A stretch of DNA of 64,000 nt from Macrostomum hystrix (taxonomy: Eukaryota > Animalia > Platyhelminthes): positions 15,500,001 through 15,564,000 of the forward strand of contig CATNEN010000001.1 in NCBI GenBank assembly GCA_950097015.1. The letters are read 5' to 3'. Below are positions 1 to 12,107 of the stretch, in pieces. The notes beneath the pieces are model-generated. The model did no database searches. It was given only the letters and a program-made list of their open reading frames with translations, and had not been told where the DNA came from. Numbering within the stretch: the first letter of the stretch is position 1; every line of letters begins with the position of its first letter. A program made the translations under genes and the position numbers.

Positions 1-968
1 GAGTGTGCGTCGCCTCGGGTGGTGAGGTCCTCTGGACCCACTCCCAATACTGTGGCAAGAGCTCTAGCGTTTTCCAAAACGAAGTGCTCGCCATCAGCTT
101 CTGTGCGGCTGAGCTGCGCCAGAGGCAGCTGGCTGGTCGGAGGATCTTTTTTCACTCCGACAGTCAAGCAGCCCTCAAGGCCCTCAGCCGCTGCACCTCT
201 CGCTCCAGAACCACCTTGGACTGCAACACCCAGTTAAACGGGTTGGCGCAGTCTAACAAGGTGGAGCTGCTGTGGATCCCTGGGCATGCCGGGTTCACAG
301 GGAATGAGATGGCGGACCAGCTTGCTAAGGCTGGAGCAGCCAGCTCCCTGATGGGCCCGGGCCCGGAGTCCCCGATCCCCATCTCAGTTGTCAACTCCAG
401 CATCAACTGCTGGATGGAGACCCAGCACCGGAGGAGGTGGTCCAGCACCCTGAACTGTCGCCAGTCCAGGGCTGCGGTGCCAACCCCCTCTAGTAACCTG
501 CGTAAGGCCTTACTCAGGCTTAACCGCAGAGACCTAAGAGCAGTCACTATGGCTCTTTCGGGACATGGCTGCTTCACCAGACACCGCTACCTTCAAGGCC
601 ACGTGCCTGAGGAAACGTGTCCCTTCTGCTGCTCCGGACGCGAAAATGCAGAGCATTTCATCTGCCACTGCCCGGCCTTCACCCGGGCCAGGCTAAAACA
701 TCTCGGGCCGGCACCGACTCTCGCCGAAGCCTGCTCGCCCGAGAACATCCCACAGCTCGCCCACTTCCTCCGGGATACCGGCCGAGCTGATTTCTTCCCA
801 GCCTATGGCGAGGAAGATCGCGCGGCGGAATCGACCGACGGACCACCCTGGGCGGCACCGCCTCGCTGGAGGCTGTCTGGCTGCCAGGGGTTAGCGATAT
901 GGGCGGCATCAGCCGCCTCCTCGCTGCGTCCGTCATGGAGGCTCCCTGCCGCTAAGTCAAGTAAGTCA
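1..968 (+). mobile_element. 3' end of a non-LTR retrotransposon (LOA/I-like clade): RNase H, C-terminal Cys/His motif, 3' UTR stem-loop and short (TAAGTC) tail
   Basis: ORF 3-1142 has RNase H motifs ([38 protein letters not shown]) and CPFC..E...HF.C.C. It ends taagtcaagtaagtc, abutting a different element. A homologous 3' end lies at 25950-26345. Confidence 0.85.
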
Positions 969-1017
969 GCCGCTGGGCCTCCTGAGGGCCGGCGACATCG
1001 AGACCAACCCAGGGCCG
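967..1017 (+). other. 2A/StopGo ribosome-skipping peptide [16 protein letters not shown]|P
   Basis: Codons 967-1017 match the D(V/I)ExNPGP consensus and are in frame with ORF 1036-2856. Confidence 0.85.
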
Positions 1018-4000
1018 ACCCCAATCTGCGGCCGAATGGAGTGCGGCAAGCACCTGCGCGGTCGAGCCCTGAAGTGCCAGCAGTGCTCGCAGAGCTTCCA
1101 TCTCAAGCGGGACTGCTCGGGCCTCAGCCGCTGGGCGGCTAACAAGGTGGACGAATCCACGGCCTGGAAGTGCCCAGCCTGCTCCCGGCCGGCTTCTGCC
1201 ACGGGAACCACGCTGGGTGATGTGAAAACTAGCCTCATCAGCTCACCAGCTTCTCCAGCCACTCCCGCCTCGTCCTCCACCAATGCCGACCCCATCCTGC
1301 GGCTTGAGGCTCTCCGACGCCGCATCAGAGAAGATAAGCCCAACTGTGCCCACTGTCGCAAGCCCGTTTGCATCTCCATCGTGATTGCTTGCTGCATCAG
1401 CTGTGACCTGCTATTCCACAACGCCTGCACCAAAGCCTCCAGAGAACAAATTCAAAAGGACGTCCGTAGGGGCCTCTGGCGTTGCCAAGAGTGCACCAAG
1501 GCCCTGACTCGTCCCCTTCCTGTCTCGCCCAGCGAGCCTGACCCCTCTTCCAGCGACTCCGAAGGCAAGCAGTTTCCCAGAACCGGCTGGTCCCGGATAA
1601 AAGGAGAGCTCAAGATCCTTCAATGGAATGCTGATGGCCTGGGGAACAAGCTTGGAGAGCTCGAAGACCTGGCCCACCGAACCTCGGCGGACATCATCGC
1701 TATCCAGGAAACCAAGCTCACCTCCTTCAGCAAGACTCCCAAGATCCCAGGTTTCTCCACCATTCGTAAAGACAGGCGGGTTGCCAGACTGGACCCGAAG
1801 GTCAAGGGTCCCATCCTCTTCGTCCGTGAAGACATCCCCTTCCGCAAGCTTAAAGGGTGGTCTGGCGGCACCACCGAAGGCCTCCGTGTGGTCATCAATA
1901 CCAGCCACCACCGGAAGATTCTCATTACCAACATCTACCGGCCTCCCATTCGCAAAATTGAAGGCGAAGACCACCGTGAACACCCCAGCGTCGACTCGTG
2001 GCTGTCATCCAACAAACACGAGCTCATCGTCGGTGACTTCAATCTGCACCACACACATCTGCACGAGCCAGACCAAGGCCCAGAAGGCGCAGCTCAGGCC
2101 CAATGCCTCATCAACTGGTGCAGCTCTATGAGTTACCACATCCTGAACAGCGGCGACCACACATGCACCGACCGCAAATCCGGTCGCACCAGCGTGCCTG
2201 ATCTCTCCATAGCGAGCCAGTCCATCGCCAACCTGTGCAAATGGCAGCCCCTTTGTGAGCTAGGCACCGATCACAAGCCCATCCTCATCACTGTCGACGA
2301 GTCTCGGGAAACGCTGACTTCCCGCCCGCGCTTCGGGTGGGCCTGGAAGAAAGCGGACTGGACCAGTTACCAGACCCAACTTGAGATCCTCCAGAGTGGC
2401 CTTCACAAAGGCTCGATCCAGACCCAGATCAAGAGACTGTGCTCCAGGATGCTGGCGGCTGCCAAAGCCAGCATCCCCCTCAAGAAGATCTCTAGCAAAA
2501 ACAAGCCGTACTGGGATGATGAGCTGAGTAATCTTCGCAACGAGAGAAATCGGCTGCGTGAATCCGAGGCCGCCCCCGAGATTTCGAAAAGCCATGACCT
2601 GACCAAGCGCTGTGCTGATAAGAAGGCGACCTTCTGGCACGACTATGTCAATAGCCTGGGTGAGTCCGCCGACCCGAAGCAGGTCTGGCGCACTGTGAAA
2701 TGCCTCAGCTCAGGTGACAAAGGCAGCGCTCCCAACGACTCCCTCGTCGTGGATGGCAAAGACCTCCCAACGGATAAGGACAAAGCCAATGCCTTTGGCC
2801 GCTATTACGAGGAGGTCAGCACGCTGCACCATGATGCGCCCGACCGTAAAGTTTAAGTGAGCATCACCAACCGGCTCGCGAGCAACCAAGCTGGCGACCC
2901 CGAGTTCTCCAGGGACTTTACCCCGGGTGAACTTCAGCGGGCTCTTTCCAAACTGGACCCCAACAAGAAGTGCGGCCCAGACGACATCGAAGCCGCTTTC
3001 TTCCTGCACCTGCCGCAATCTTGGCGTGACGCCTGGCTACGTGTCTTTAACAGATGCTGGAAGCTTGGCCACTGCCCAGGGGTCTGGAAGAAAGCCATCA
3101 TTGTTCCCCTGCTCAAGGACGGCAAAGATCCGAAAGACTGTAGCAGCTATCGACCGGTGAGCCTCACCTCCATCTGTGGAAAAATCCTTGAGCGGCTGGT
3201 CCTGGACCGGCTCTTCTACTGGCTCGAGCTCCACCAGGTCATCCAACCCTGGCAAGCAGGTTTCCAACGTGGCCGCAGCTGCGAGGAACAAGTTGCCAGG
3301 CTAGTCCAGGAGATCCAGGACGGCTGGGAGCAGAAGCCGCACCTCAAAACTATTGCGATCACCCTGGACTGCTCCAGAGCCTTCGACCGCGTCTGGCGAT
3401 CTCGCCTGATCGAACGCCTAATGTAGGAGGGCACCCCGGCCTGCATGGTCAGATGGTTTGGCAGCTTCCTGGAAGGTCGTCAAATCGCTGTCCGTGTTGG
3501 ATCCGCCATCGGGAAATGGCGGCGCCTCCGTGAGGGAGTTCCCCAAGGCGCTGTCTGCTCTCCTGTCCTCTTTCTGCTGTATGTCAAGGACTGGCCCGGC
3601 AAGACCATCCCCCAGGTAAACTACAGCGCCTTCGCCGACGATCTCGCCATCTGGGCCGCTGGTCGCAGCATCGAGGACATCAGATCTCGGCTCTAAAGGG
3701 CCCTCGAGCTCATTGAGAGCTGGGCCTCTAACCTGCGCATCGAGATTAACCCAAATAAGACTGAGTGCTGCCTTTTCTCCCGCGACCGTGCCGATCGTGG
3801 TCGACATTTAGCCTTCACCATCCTGGGCAAAGCCCTCCCCATCAAAACCGAAATCCGCTTTCTCGGAGTTTGGATCGACCAGAGCCTTTTTTTCTCCACC
3901 CACACCAAGTACATCAAAGACAAGCTCTCGAAGCGCGTCTCCGTCCTTCGCGCCCTGGCCCACCGCGAGTGGGGCTGTGACCGCTCGCTCCTCCTTAAAG

Positions 4001-4255
4001 TCTACAAAGCTGTGGTGGAGTCAGTGGTTTGGCACGCGGCTGCCGCCTGGACCCCCTGGCTCTCCAAATCCAGGCTTGAAGACCTGGACCGAGTGCAGCG
4101 CGAAGCCCTCAGGGTTGTGACCGGCCTCCCAAGGTCCGCGCCCACCGAGGCGATCTACCTTGAGGCTGGCTCTACTCCCATCAGCATTGAGGCCAAACGG
4201 CGGGCGCCGGTGGCCTACAAGGCCCTGCGCAGACGTCCTTCACCGATGCGGTCAC
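967..4255 (+). mobile_element. Ingi-like single-ORF LINE (2A, two PHD fingers, AP endonuclease, RT); pseudogenised and truncated at both ends
   Basis: One reading frame broken by in-frame stops ending at 2856, 3426 and 3696. PHD-type Cys/His clusters; APE motifs ILQWNADG, IAIQETK, VGDFN, GTDH; RT motifs YRPVSLTS, QAGF, GVPQG, FADD. Confidence 0.88.
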
Positions 4256-4314
4256 GTTGTCCATCTCAACAAAGAACCGAGTTGCTAGATTTATTGTCGA
4301 AAAGCTGCCAAAAT

Positions 4315-4700
4315 GAATTTGAATTGGGATTCCATGAATTGGAATTCTTGGAATTGTGACCTGATGAATTAGGATTCTTAGAATTGGGACTCATAGAATT
4401 GCGACTTTATGAATTCGAATTCTTGGGATTCTTAGAATTGGGATTGTTAGAATTAGGATTATTAGAATTGGGATTCTTAGAATTATGATTCTTAATATTT
4501 GGATTCTTAGAATTAGGACACTTAGCATTGGGATTATTAGAATTGGGACTTATTAAAGTGGGATTCTTATAATTGGGATTCTTACAATTGGGATTCTTAG
4601 AATTGGGATTCCTACAATTGGGATTTTTAGAATTGTGATTCTTATAATTGTGATTCTTAGAATTGGGATTCTCAGAACTCGGATTCTAATTCTAATTCTA
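4315..4700 (+). repeat. ~15-bp minisatellite (TTAGAATTGGGATTC)n
   Basis: Visible degenerate tandem units; reverse-complement copies at ~9070-9120 and ~9440-9570. Confidence 0.9.
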
Positions 4701-5102
4701 AGTGCATGTTGCACAATAAAACTAATTTCGGAGTGAATTTGCACCCTTAGACCGTCCTAGTTTTCTAGTTTCAGCTGACTGAGATTTCAATGATTTTTTG
4801 AAGTACTCACTGATGTTTGAAAGGCGATGAGAACACGGGGCTTCTTATTGAACGGACACGATTTTTCAGTTTAACTGTGCTGGCTTCAAGGATCCTAGCT
4901 TTATAACAGAATCTCGCTTGAATGAGATCTGTTGCCATTGGCTGGCAAAATGATGCTTTTTACACCTGCTGAATTTAGATCATTTGCTCAACTCTCTATT
5001 TAAATGTCACGCACTGTTTTATTCAACTGTCCTAGTTTGAATAGCACTAAAAATATATACCTACGGAATTTACTTGCACATCAAAGTAACGGAAGTTGCT
5101 CC

Positions 5103-5226
5103 GGGATAAGTGGTAGAGCGGTCAACGCGTTTGCCTCTCGCACCAAGGTCCCTGAGCTGTTTCCGTGGCGAGGTCACATTCATTTGGGTCGAAGCCACAG
5201 AGAGAAGGCTTGGGAGCTTGGTGTAA
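5103..5226 (+). mobile_element. SINE family A, 5' part (tRNA-derived head)
   Basis: Matches the 5' half of the full copy at 47527-47888. Confidence 0.75.
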
Positions 5227-6094
5227 CGTATCGTAAGTATTGCAAATCATTTTTTAAAACGGATACAGAATGGAGCGGATGCTGCTAATGAAGTGGCCTT
5301 AGGTGCTGTTAAAGTTGCCCAATCGATTGATGTGGATAAATCAATCTAGCAATAAGTGTAGAATAAGAACAATTTACTATGAAGGTAACGCAACTTACTC
5401 TAAAGGTGACATACTTTGTGGTAAAATTAACGATAGTTAGTGCCATGTAACGCATTACAGGTAAACAATGTGACCAAACAATCAACGCTTTGATAAAGTA
5501 ACGAGTCAAGTGTTAAAAATGCTTTATAATAAAAAACTGCAAGTTAATAATGAAATACTGCAGGTTACCACAAGAAACGCTAGCTGTGAAAGTAACGAAG
5601 TGAATATAAAATTAGCGCAAGTTACTGGCGAATAAACGTGAATTCTTGTCGAAAAAGCGGTAATACTGTCGAAGTAACGAAATAGCTGTAATATATCTGT
5701 GTAATTTTCTCCCTAATAAAAGGACTACGAAACACAGTAAGTAGAATTTCAGTAACAGCAGGAACTCCTATTTGCTTACAGTCCGTCCAAAGCTTTCAGC
5801 AACTAATTATTTATTTGCCATTAACATCCTTCAGAACTTCTAATCATAAGAACCAGACATTGTCCGTAGTATGTCTGCTAGATGCGGTTCTCATACTATT
5901 GAGTCATTAATTCTGCTGCACAGACACGCTTTCTGTATTTGTCTGCTCTGAATCAGGCAGAGCAAACACTCAAGGTCGTCTTTTTCTCGGCCAAAGTCCT
6001 GGATTAACAATCAAAGCCAGTAAATAATTGGCAATTTCGCGTGTTGCTCAGATCATGCTGAGAAATAAGAATTCAAGAAGAGAACAAGCAAGAG

Positions 6095-6331
6095 GACTGT
6101 ACGCAGGCATGCGCTGCAGGCGTGTACATCGGCCCTGACTTTCTTATCGTCAGACAGTGCAAACTCTCACTGTGCCTTGGAGGTTGGCCCTCAATGGCGT
6201 AAATTGCACGACAAGCCCCCAAGCCTTCTCTCCGCGGCTGCGCCCCAAATGAATGTGGCCTCGCCGCGGAATCGAACTCAGGGACCTTGGTGCGAGAGGC
6301 AAACGCGTTGACGTCTCAGCCACTCAGCCCG
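6095..6331 (-). mobile_element. SINE family A
   Basis: Reverse complement of the family A body including the B-box GTTCGATTC. Confidence 0.85.
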
Positions 6332-7254
6332 TAAAGCTACGGAATCCAGTTGCATTTGTAACAATGTCAAAAAAGTATTGGCATATTCCATGTCATCTAC
6401 TGTCTACTTAAGGCTTGTAGTCTGCTCTGAATGAACTGATGCATTTTAGTGCAAAATGTCTGCCAAAATATCACTAGCACGGCCGAGAGCTGAGGGCATT
6501 AAAGAATCCTAATATCGATTGCTTCTCTTTATTCGTAGTTGCTGGCCAAACTAAAAGCACTAGAACAATGGACTCCGTCAGCGAAAAAACACCAAGGACT
6601 ACTCAAGTAACGTACTTAAGTAGTCCTTGAAAAACACTGCAAGTGAATTGGACTTTTCCAAGATGGCAAGGACGCCAGCAATGAATAATTAATGATTCCC
6701 GCTTACCCACTCCCCATTACTTCCAAGACTTAAGAACTTACGAATTTTCAAAAGCATTTTCTCTTAGAAGAAGTACATTGGAACCACACACTGCAAGAAG
6801 TATGGAATGTATTGCCGATTCTAAATCGCACAACCAATTCTAACCTTTATGCAAAAGCAACAAGTTTGCATGAAAAACGTTTTTGATTTGAAAAAAACAT
6901 TAACGCAATATCATTGTGCCAAGCTAATAAGTACAGTGCCGAAAAAAACTAATTATGATGAAATCATTTATGGAAGTTACTTTTCATTTGACATCCTGCC
7001 AATGCCAGACTATAATCCTACCCAACATGTGCGTGCCTAGCACGCTAATCCATATCTTATCGATTTAAGCTGGTTAGAGTTTTTCCTAGCTGCGAGTTAA
7101 TTAGACCAGTAACAACTCGCATTGAGCAAGATCTCAATTTGGATGCACACGCCTGTGTGATTGAGTGCCTGTGAGCACTTTCTGTGTACCTGTGTGCTCA
7201 AATCTGGTAGAATAAGTAGAGTCTATGGTAGTAATATAAAAATATAGTAATTAG

Positions 7255-7488
7255 GCCAGATATGCAGCCGACAGCACAACCGCAGCTATGGTGGCGCATC
7301 TGAAGGCTGTGTACGGCTGTTCAGTCCATGGACTGGGGTCTACACCCTAAGTTAACCCCAGTTAATGCTGGTTTATCAGCTGGGTGAACTGAAGCAGTCT
7401 AGAGGTAAATGTAAAGTGGAATCTGGAATTGAACACCAGACCTTCAAGTGGTGAATATCTTACGCTGTGACCACAAGGCTACAACCCC
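7255..7488 (-). mobile_element. SINE family B (degenerate)
   Basis: cagtccatggactg palindrome, gcagccttcagatgcgcc 3' segment, tRNA-like head. Confidence 0.8.
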
Positions 7489-7954
7489 TTAGTTAAACAG
7501 TTGTTGTATTTGTTATTAGAGCTTCATATATACTCATATATATATTCATTGATTGATACTTCAATGATGAAATGAAAATGTCACAAAAATGTCAATTTCC
7601 TTAATTTCATCGCAAAATTTTGGGTTTGTGTGAAAATGGAAAGTGTGCAGATTCCGTGAGCCCAGCAACAAGTCCTGCTCAACTCATGTGGGCTTGAGTT
7701 GTGGGCTGCCTCTGCAGTCCTTGCAGTCCCCAACCTGCTGGCCATTCAGTGAGCTTCAAAGTCTCCGCACAATGGCCACAGTCACACATGCACAGGGCTG
7801 AGACCTATTCGCATGCCTCACCCATTATATTTAGTCATTTTTGCTCCTGTCGTGCTGTGGAGCCTCCAGAGACTGACAGAAAACTAACAAAAAAGTGTGC
7901 TGCTTCAAGAAGCAGAAACAAGTAACAAAGTATAGCTATAGATAGAAATAATGC

Positions 7955-8227
7955 GACACTAGACCTGCTGCCAGCGAGGAGGCAATTCTCCCCATTCGGC
8001 TGACTCCTAAACACGCGCACAAATACTGTACGCAGGTACACACTCACACGGGTGTATACATTTGCCTGACTTACTCATTGTAGGCCCTTAAGTGCGCTAA
8101 TCATACGCCAAGCCCCCAAGCCTTCTCTCTGTGGCTGCGTCCCAAATAAATCTTGCCTCGCTGCGGAAACAGCTCAGGGATCTTGGTGTGAGAGGCAAAC
8201 GCGTTGACCGCTCTGCCGCTCATCCCG
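7955..8227 (-). mobile_element. SINE family A
   Basis: Reverse complement of the family A head, body and 3' stem-loop. Confidence 0.8.
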
Positions 8228-8498
8228 CAGCAACTTCCGTTATTTTAATGTGCAATTAAATTGCGTAGGTTAATATTTTAAGACTAATCTTGTTGTAGTT
8301 ATCTTGGCGTAGTAATTAGCGTAAAATTGGCATAAAGTTTCGTTACTCTGAATGACTCAATGTTCTCAGCAACTAGTAACCTAGTAACTCCTGTTACTTT
8401 GAGGGCAGGCCCAAATTGTTTTTCTGTCTACGCTTTTACTTTTACATGTAAAACGTCCAATACTAGGATGAAAACTAATAAACTTTTTAATGCTATTC

Positions 8499-8732
8499 TG
8501 TGGTGACGTGGCTCTGTTTGCGGCTGGCTAAGGCAGGTGTGTTGTGCACCTGCCCGGCACGTATCCAATTTTGGAATGTACGTGTGTTGATGTACGTGCT
8601 TTTAAACCTTCTATCCAATGTGCATGCGTGGAGTCTGCTATCGATTTTATAAATAAAATAAAATATAAAAGTCGTTGTGTCATCGCGTTTGGTAGTAGAG
8701 TTCGTTCTACAATCTTAAGTGAAGTCTTTACA
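8499..8732 (+). mobile_element. Solo LTR (234 bp) with 5-bp TSD TATTC
   Basis: TG...CA ends; TATTC at 8494-8498 and 8733-8737; internal AATAAA; the empty site is present in the other arm of the inverted duplication (~5035-5050). Confidence 0.75.
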
Positions 8733-9120
8733 TATTCAAAATATAATAAAACAGTGCGAGACATTTGAATAGAGATTTGAGCATATGATCTTAGTTCAAC
8801 AAGTGCAAAAGCCATCACTTTGTAAGCCAATAGTACCAGATCTCATTCAAGCGAGATTTTAAAATAAATCTATGATTCTTGAAGCCAGCAGAGTTAAGAT
8901 GAAAAATTGTGTCCGCTCAATAATAGGCACTGTGTTCTCATCGCCTTTCAAACATCAGTGAGTATTTCTAAAAAGCAATAAACTGTCAGGCATTTTAAAC
9001 TAGGAAACTATAAATGTCTAAGGGTGCAAATAGTCACCGAAACTATTTTTATAGTGCGACATGCACTCAGAACTAGAATTAGAATCCCCATTCTGATCAT
9101 CCTAATTCTAAGAATCCTAA

Positions 9121-9440
9121 TTTTTTTGTTCTTTTTTTTTATTTTTTTTATTACACGTGCCCCATTTGGGTCAGATGTGCAGCCGACAGCACAGCAGCAG
9201 CTAATGCGCGGCGCATCTGAAGGCTGCGTACAGCTGTTCAGTCCACGGACTGGGGGGAACGCCACACCCACCTTCAATTATCCCAGCTGATGCTGGTAGC
9301 CATTTAACAGCTGGGTGAACTGAAGCAATGCAGAGTTAAGTGTCTTGCTAAAGGACGCAAATTGTTCCAGTGGAGTCGGGAATCGAACCCCCGACCTTCA
9401 AAGTCGTGAGTCCGACGCCCTAACCACTAGGCTACAACCT
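9121..9440 (-). mobile_element. SINE family B, full length with A-rich tail
   Basis: A-box tagcctagtgg, B-box ggttcgattcc, central ttagcaagacacttaactc...ttcacccagctgt domain, poly-T on the plus strand. Confidence 0.88.
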
Positions 9441-9882
9441 CTTACCAATCCCAATACCAATCCCTCTTACAATCCCAATACTCGGAATCCAATTCATAGA
9501 ATCTCAATTTACGGAGTCCCAATTCACCAAGTCACAATTCTAAGAACCCCAGTTCTAAGTTCTCGCGATAGCGAGAGCGTGTTCTAAGTGTTCTACATGT
9601 ACAGCCTGCTGGCTCTAGAACGTCTGTTGGCTACTTGGTCCAGACGACCTCATTGATTTTATGGTGTTCGGGCGATGCGGTTCAGTTCGCCAGCCTCCTG
9701 TCAATGGTTCTGGACAATGTCACTGGCAGCGGCATGGACGCATGCCTGTTCTACCTATTCTTTGTCAATCCAGCCACTGTGCCTTGCCTGACTGTCATTC
9801 AATCGCGGCCCTAGGCGTCACCTGGATAGGCGGCTGGCGTGCAAATCCCCATGGTAAACCCGCCTGTGACAGTTGTTGTAAC

Positions 9883-10798
9883 TTCTTCTTCTTCTTCTTC
9901 TTCAGGGCACCTCCGTGTGCGGACCAGCCGATCGGGAGGGGGGCAGACGCCCAATGCTGCGGATGAGCCCGATAATGGCATCCGGGGAACCCATCAGGTC
10001 CTCGGGTGCGAGCCCTTGAGCTGCCCGGAAGAGATCGCCTCTGGGGCACTCGAATAAGACGTGCTGGACTGTGTCCAGCGCACCGCAGTCGAGGCAGTCG
10101 GGCGACGTGTCGATGCCGAGTCTGTACCTAGTGCTGCGGTTGATGGTGCTTGCGCCGGCTCTGAGTTGGTTGACGATAACTTGTAGGCGGCGTGGGAGGT
10201 GGCTCGGTGTTTTCCAGTGGGTCGGGACCGCCAGCTCATCAAGAGCGCGTCTGGAGTGGCGTGTCGCCGTCCTGGCGACACTGAGCGGTAGCGGGACCTG
10301 TCGCTGGTCGAGGTCCGCCGCCCTGGCCGCCGCCCTGGCCGCCGCCCTGTCTGGCGCCTCATTGCCGGAGAGGCCACATTGCGCCGGGATCCAGCAGAAC
10401 CTCACCTTGCGATCCAGCCGATCGAACTGCAGAAGGAGATTCCAACAGTCGGCTGCAGCCGGGTCGGTCTGCGTCAGGGGGCCGCTGCTCAAGGCGGTGA
10501 TCGCGCTGAGGCTGTCAGACGCGATGGTGACACCACTGCGGGGGGCGTCGGGACAGTCGATGGCCTGGCGGAGGGCTTCGCTGATGGCAGTGAGCTCCGC
10601 GGTAAAGCTGCTGCACCAAGCACCGGCCGCAGCAATATGCGTCGTGCCTGGCGGCTGCCACTGGGCGATGGCTGCCCCGCCTCCGTTGCCATTACCGGCT
10701 CCGACCGAGCCGTCCGTCCAGATGACCGTGGGGTCGGATTCAAGTAGCAGGGGTCGTTTCCCGGGCTCGCTCCCGCTTCTCGCTGGCAGGCAGGAAGT
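9883..10798 (-). mobile_element. 5'-truncated RNase H-bearing LINE (Ingi/I-group) with (GAA)n tail
   Basis: WTDGS, SSFTAELTAI, ASDSLSA, WIPAQCGLSGNE, CLDCG..TVQHVLFECP in one frame. 12-bp TSD with one mismatch: agttgttgtaac (9871-9882) and agttgttgcaac (10799-10810). Confidence 0.88.
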
Positions 10799-12107
10799 AG
10801 TTGTTGCAACTACTGTTGCTGCTGGTTAGATCGGTGGAACCTGACACGCTGGACCTGTCATAGTATTTTTTGTTATAGTACAATGCATCGAGAGAATAGA
10901 TACGTTGCAATTAAGATTGGCAAACATTTTGGCCATACAAAATTGTCTCAATGGCAATAAAATGATTTGTTTTCTATTTCATTAGATAAAGGGCTATTGA
11001 TTGGTGTGTAACTCTATCGTGCAAGTTGGACCATTATGCTAGCTCACAATTCAAAAGCACAATCAATAGCTCGCAGAAATATTTACTCAGAAATATTGGA
11101 ACCCAGAAGCGGTTTTCATTTGGAGCATAAAAATTAACAGACCAAAAGAGTATTTGAAATATCCGCATTGTTCTTTTTTCCATTCGCTAGAAAAATCCAG
11201 AAATTCAGAAAAAGCCAGACAGAATCACAAAGCATCGGCATCGTCGAGATGTTAAACGATTCTTGTAGAGGTTTCTGCTGGGTGGCGAAAACCACCAATA
11301 ATAGGTATGGGCTGAATTTTATCAAGAAATTATGTCGGCTATTATTTGTGATCGTATTGACAATATTGAATATATTTTATTTTAAATAAACAGATATTGA
11401 GTGGCCGTTTGCGGGCCACTCAATTCAGTCACTAATTCTGCCACTCATTAAGTCTTTCATTCAGTCACTCATTCCGTCACATATTCCGTCACTCATTCCA
11501 TCACTCATTTAGTCACTCTTTCCATTAATCCCTGCACTGGTCCAGAGACTGAACGTACTTTTAACTCTGCTAAGCAGCAATATCCCACAAAAGGAGAGCC
11601 AGTGTCGGCTCGCTATCTAAAAAAACAGGCACATATATATGAAGGATGCCGGATTCTAAGAGGTTTATACTCGTATAAACCAGAGGTTTCTGCAGAGCAA
11701 TGTTAGTTGTCCCTGTCACCAGGGTCTTTGACAAGAATCGCTGTATATCTCGACATTGAATTTTAAAAAAGTTTAATATATTAATGAGCCATCAAACATT
11801 CCAATAAAATTAAAGAAGAAACCTTGAAAAAACTGAAATTTGAGGCAACAAAACTACCTTAAGGCAACAAAACCACATTGACATTGCAGTCCGACGATAA
11901 GTTAATTGCACACATTATATATGGAACACCTGTAGCCCAGTACAGACTACGGTTCAACTACGCAAAATTAATCAGGATTAAAAGTAAAAAACGAAGCAAC
12001 AATAAGGCAGATTTTATTCTGTCCCAGATCCTTAACAGTTTTCACGATAATTGCAAATCATAATTACTAGTCGGCGGGACTCTTCTCGCAGTTCTCGCAC
12101 ACAAAGT

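Larger units (their letters stand above)
4320..9570. repeat. Old inverted duplication (arms ~4320-5230 and ~8095-9570)
   Basis: ctcactgatgtttgaaaggcgatgagaacac (~4806) matches the reverse complement gtgttctcatcgcctttcaaacatcagtgag (~8932). aatctcgcttgaatgagatctg matches cagatctcattcaagcgagatt. The SINE head and satellite are mirrored. Confidence 0.85.

Noticed and set aside
810-1142. Fusion protein from ORF 3-1142 reading through into the next element
   Set aside because: The extension crosses the 3' UTR and tail and is out of frame with the downstream LINE ORF; a chance GC-rich open frame.
9370-9440. tRNA genes at SINE heads (also 47527, 51026, 58284)
   Set aside because: A and B boxes are present, but acceptor stems are poor and each continues into a repeated SINE body.
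9883-10798. Inverted missing 3' end of the LINE at 967-4255
   Set aside because: It has its own 12-bp TSD, so it is an independent 5'-truncated insertion.
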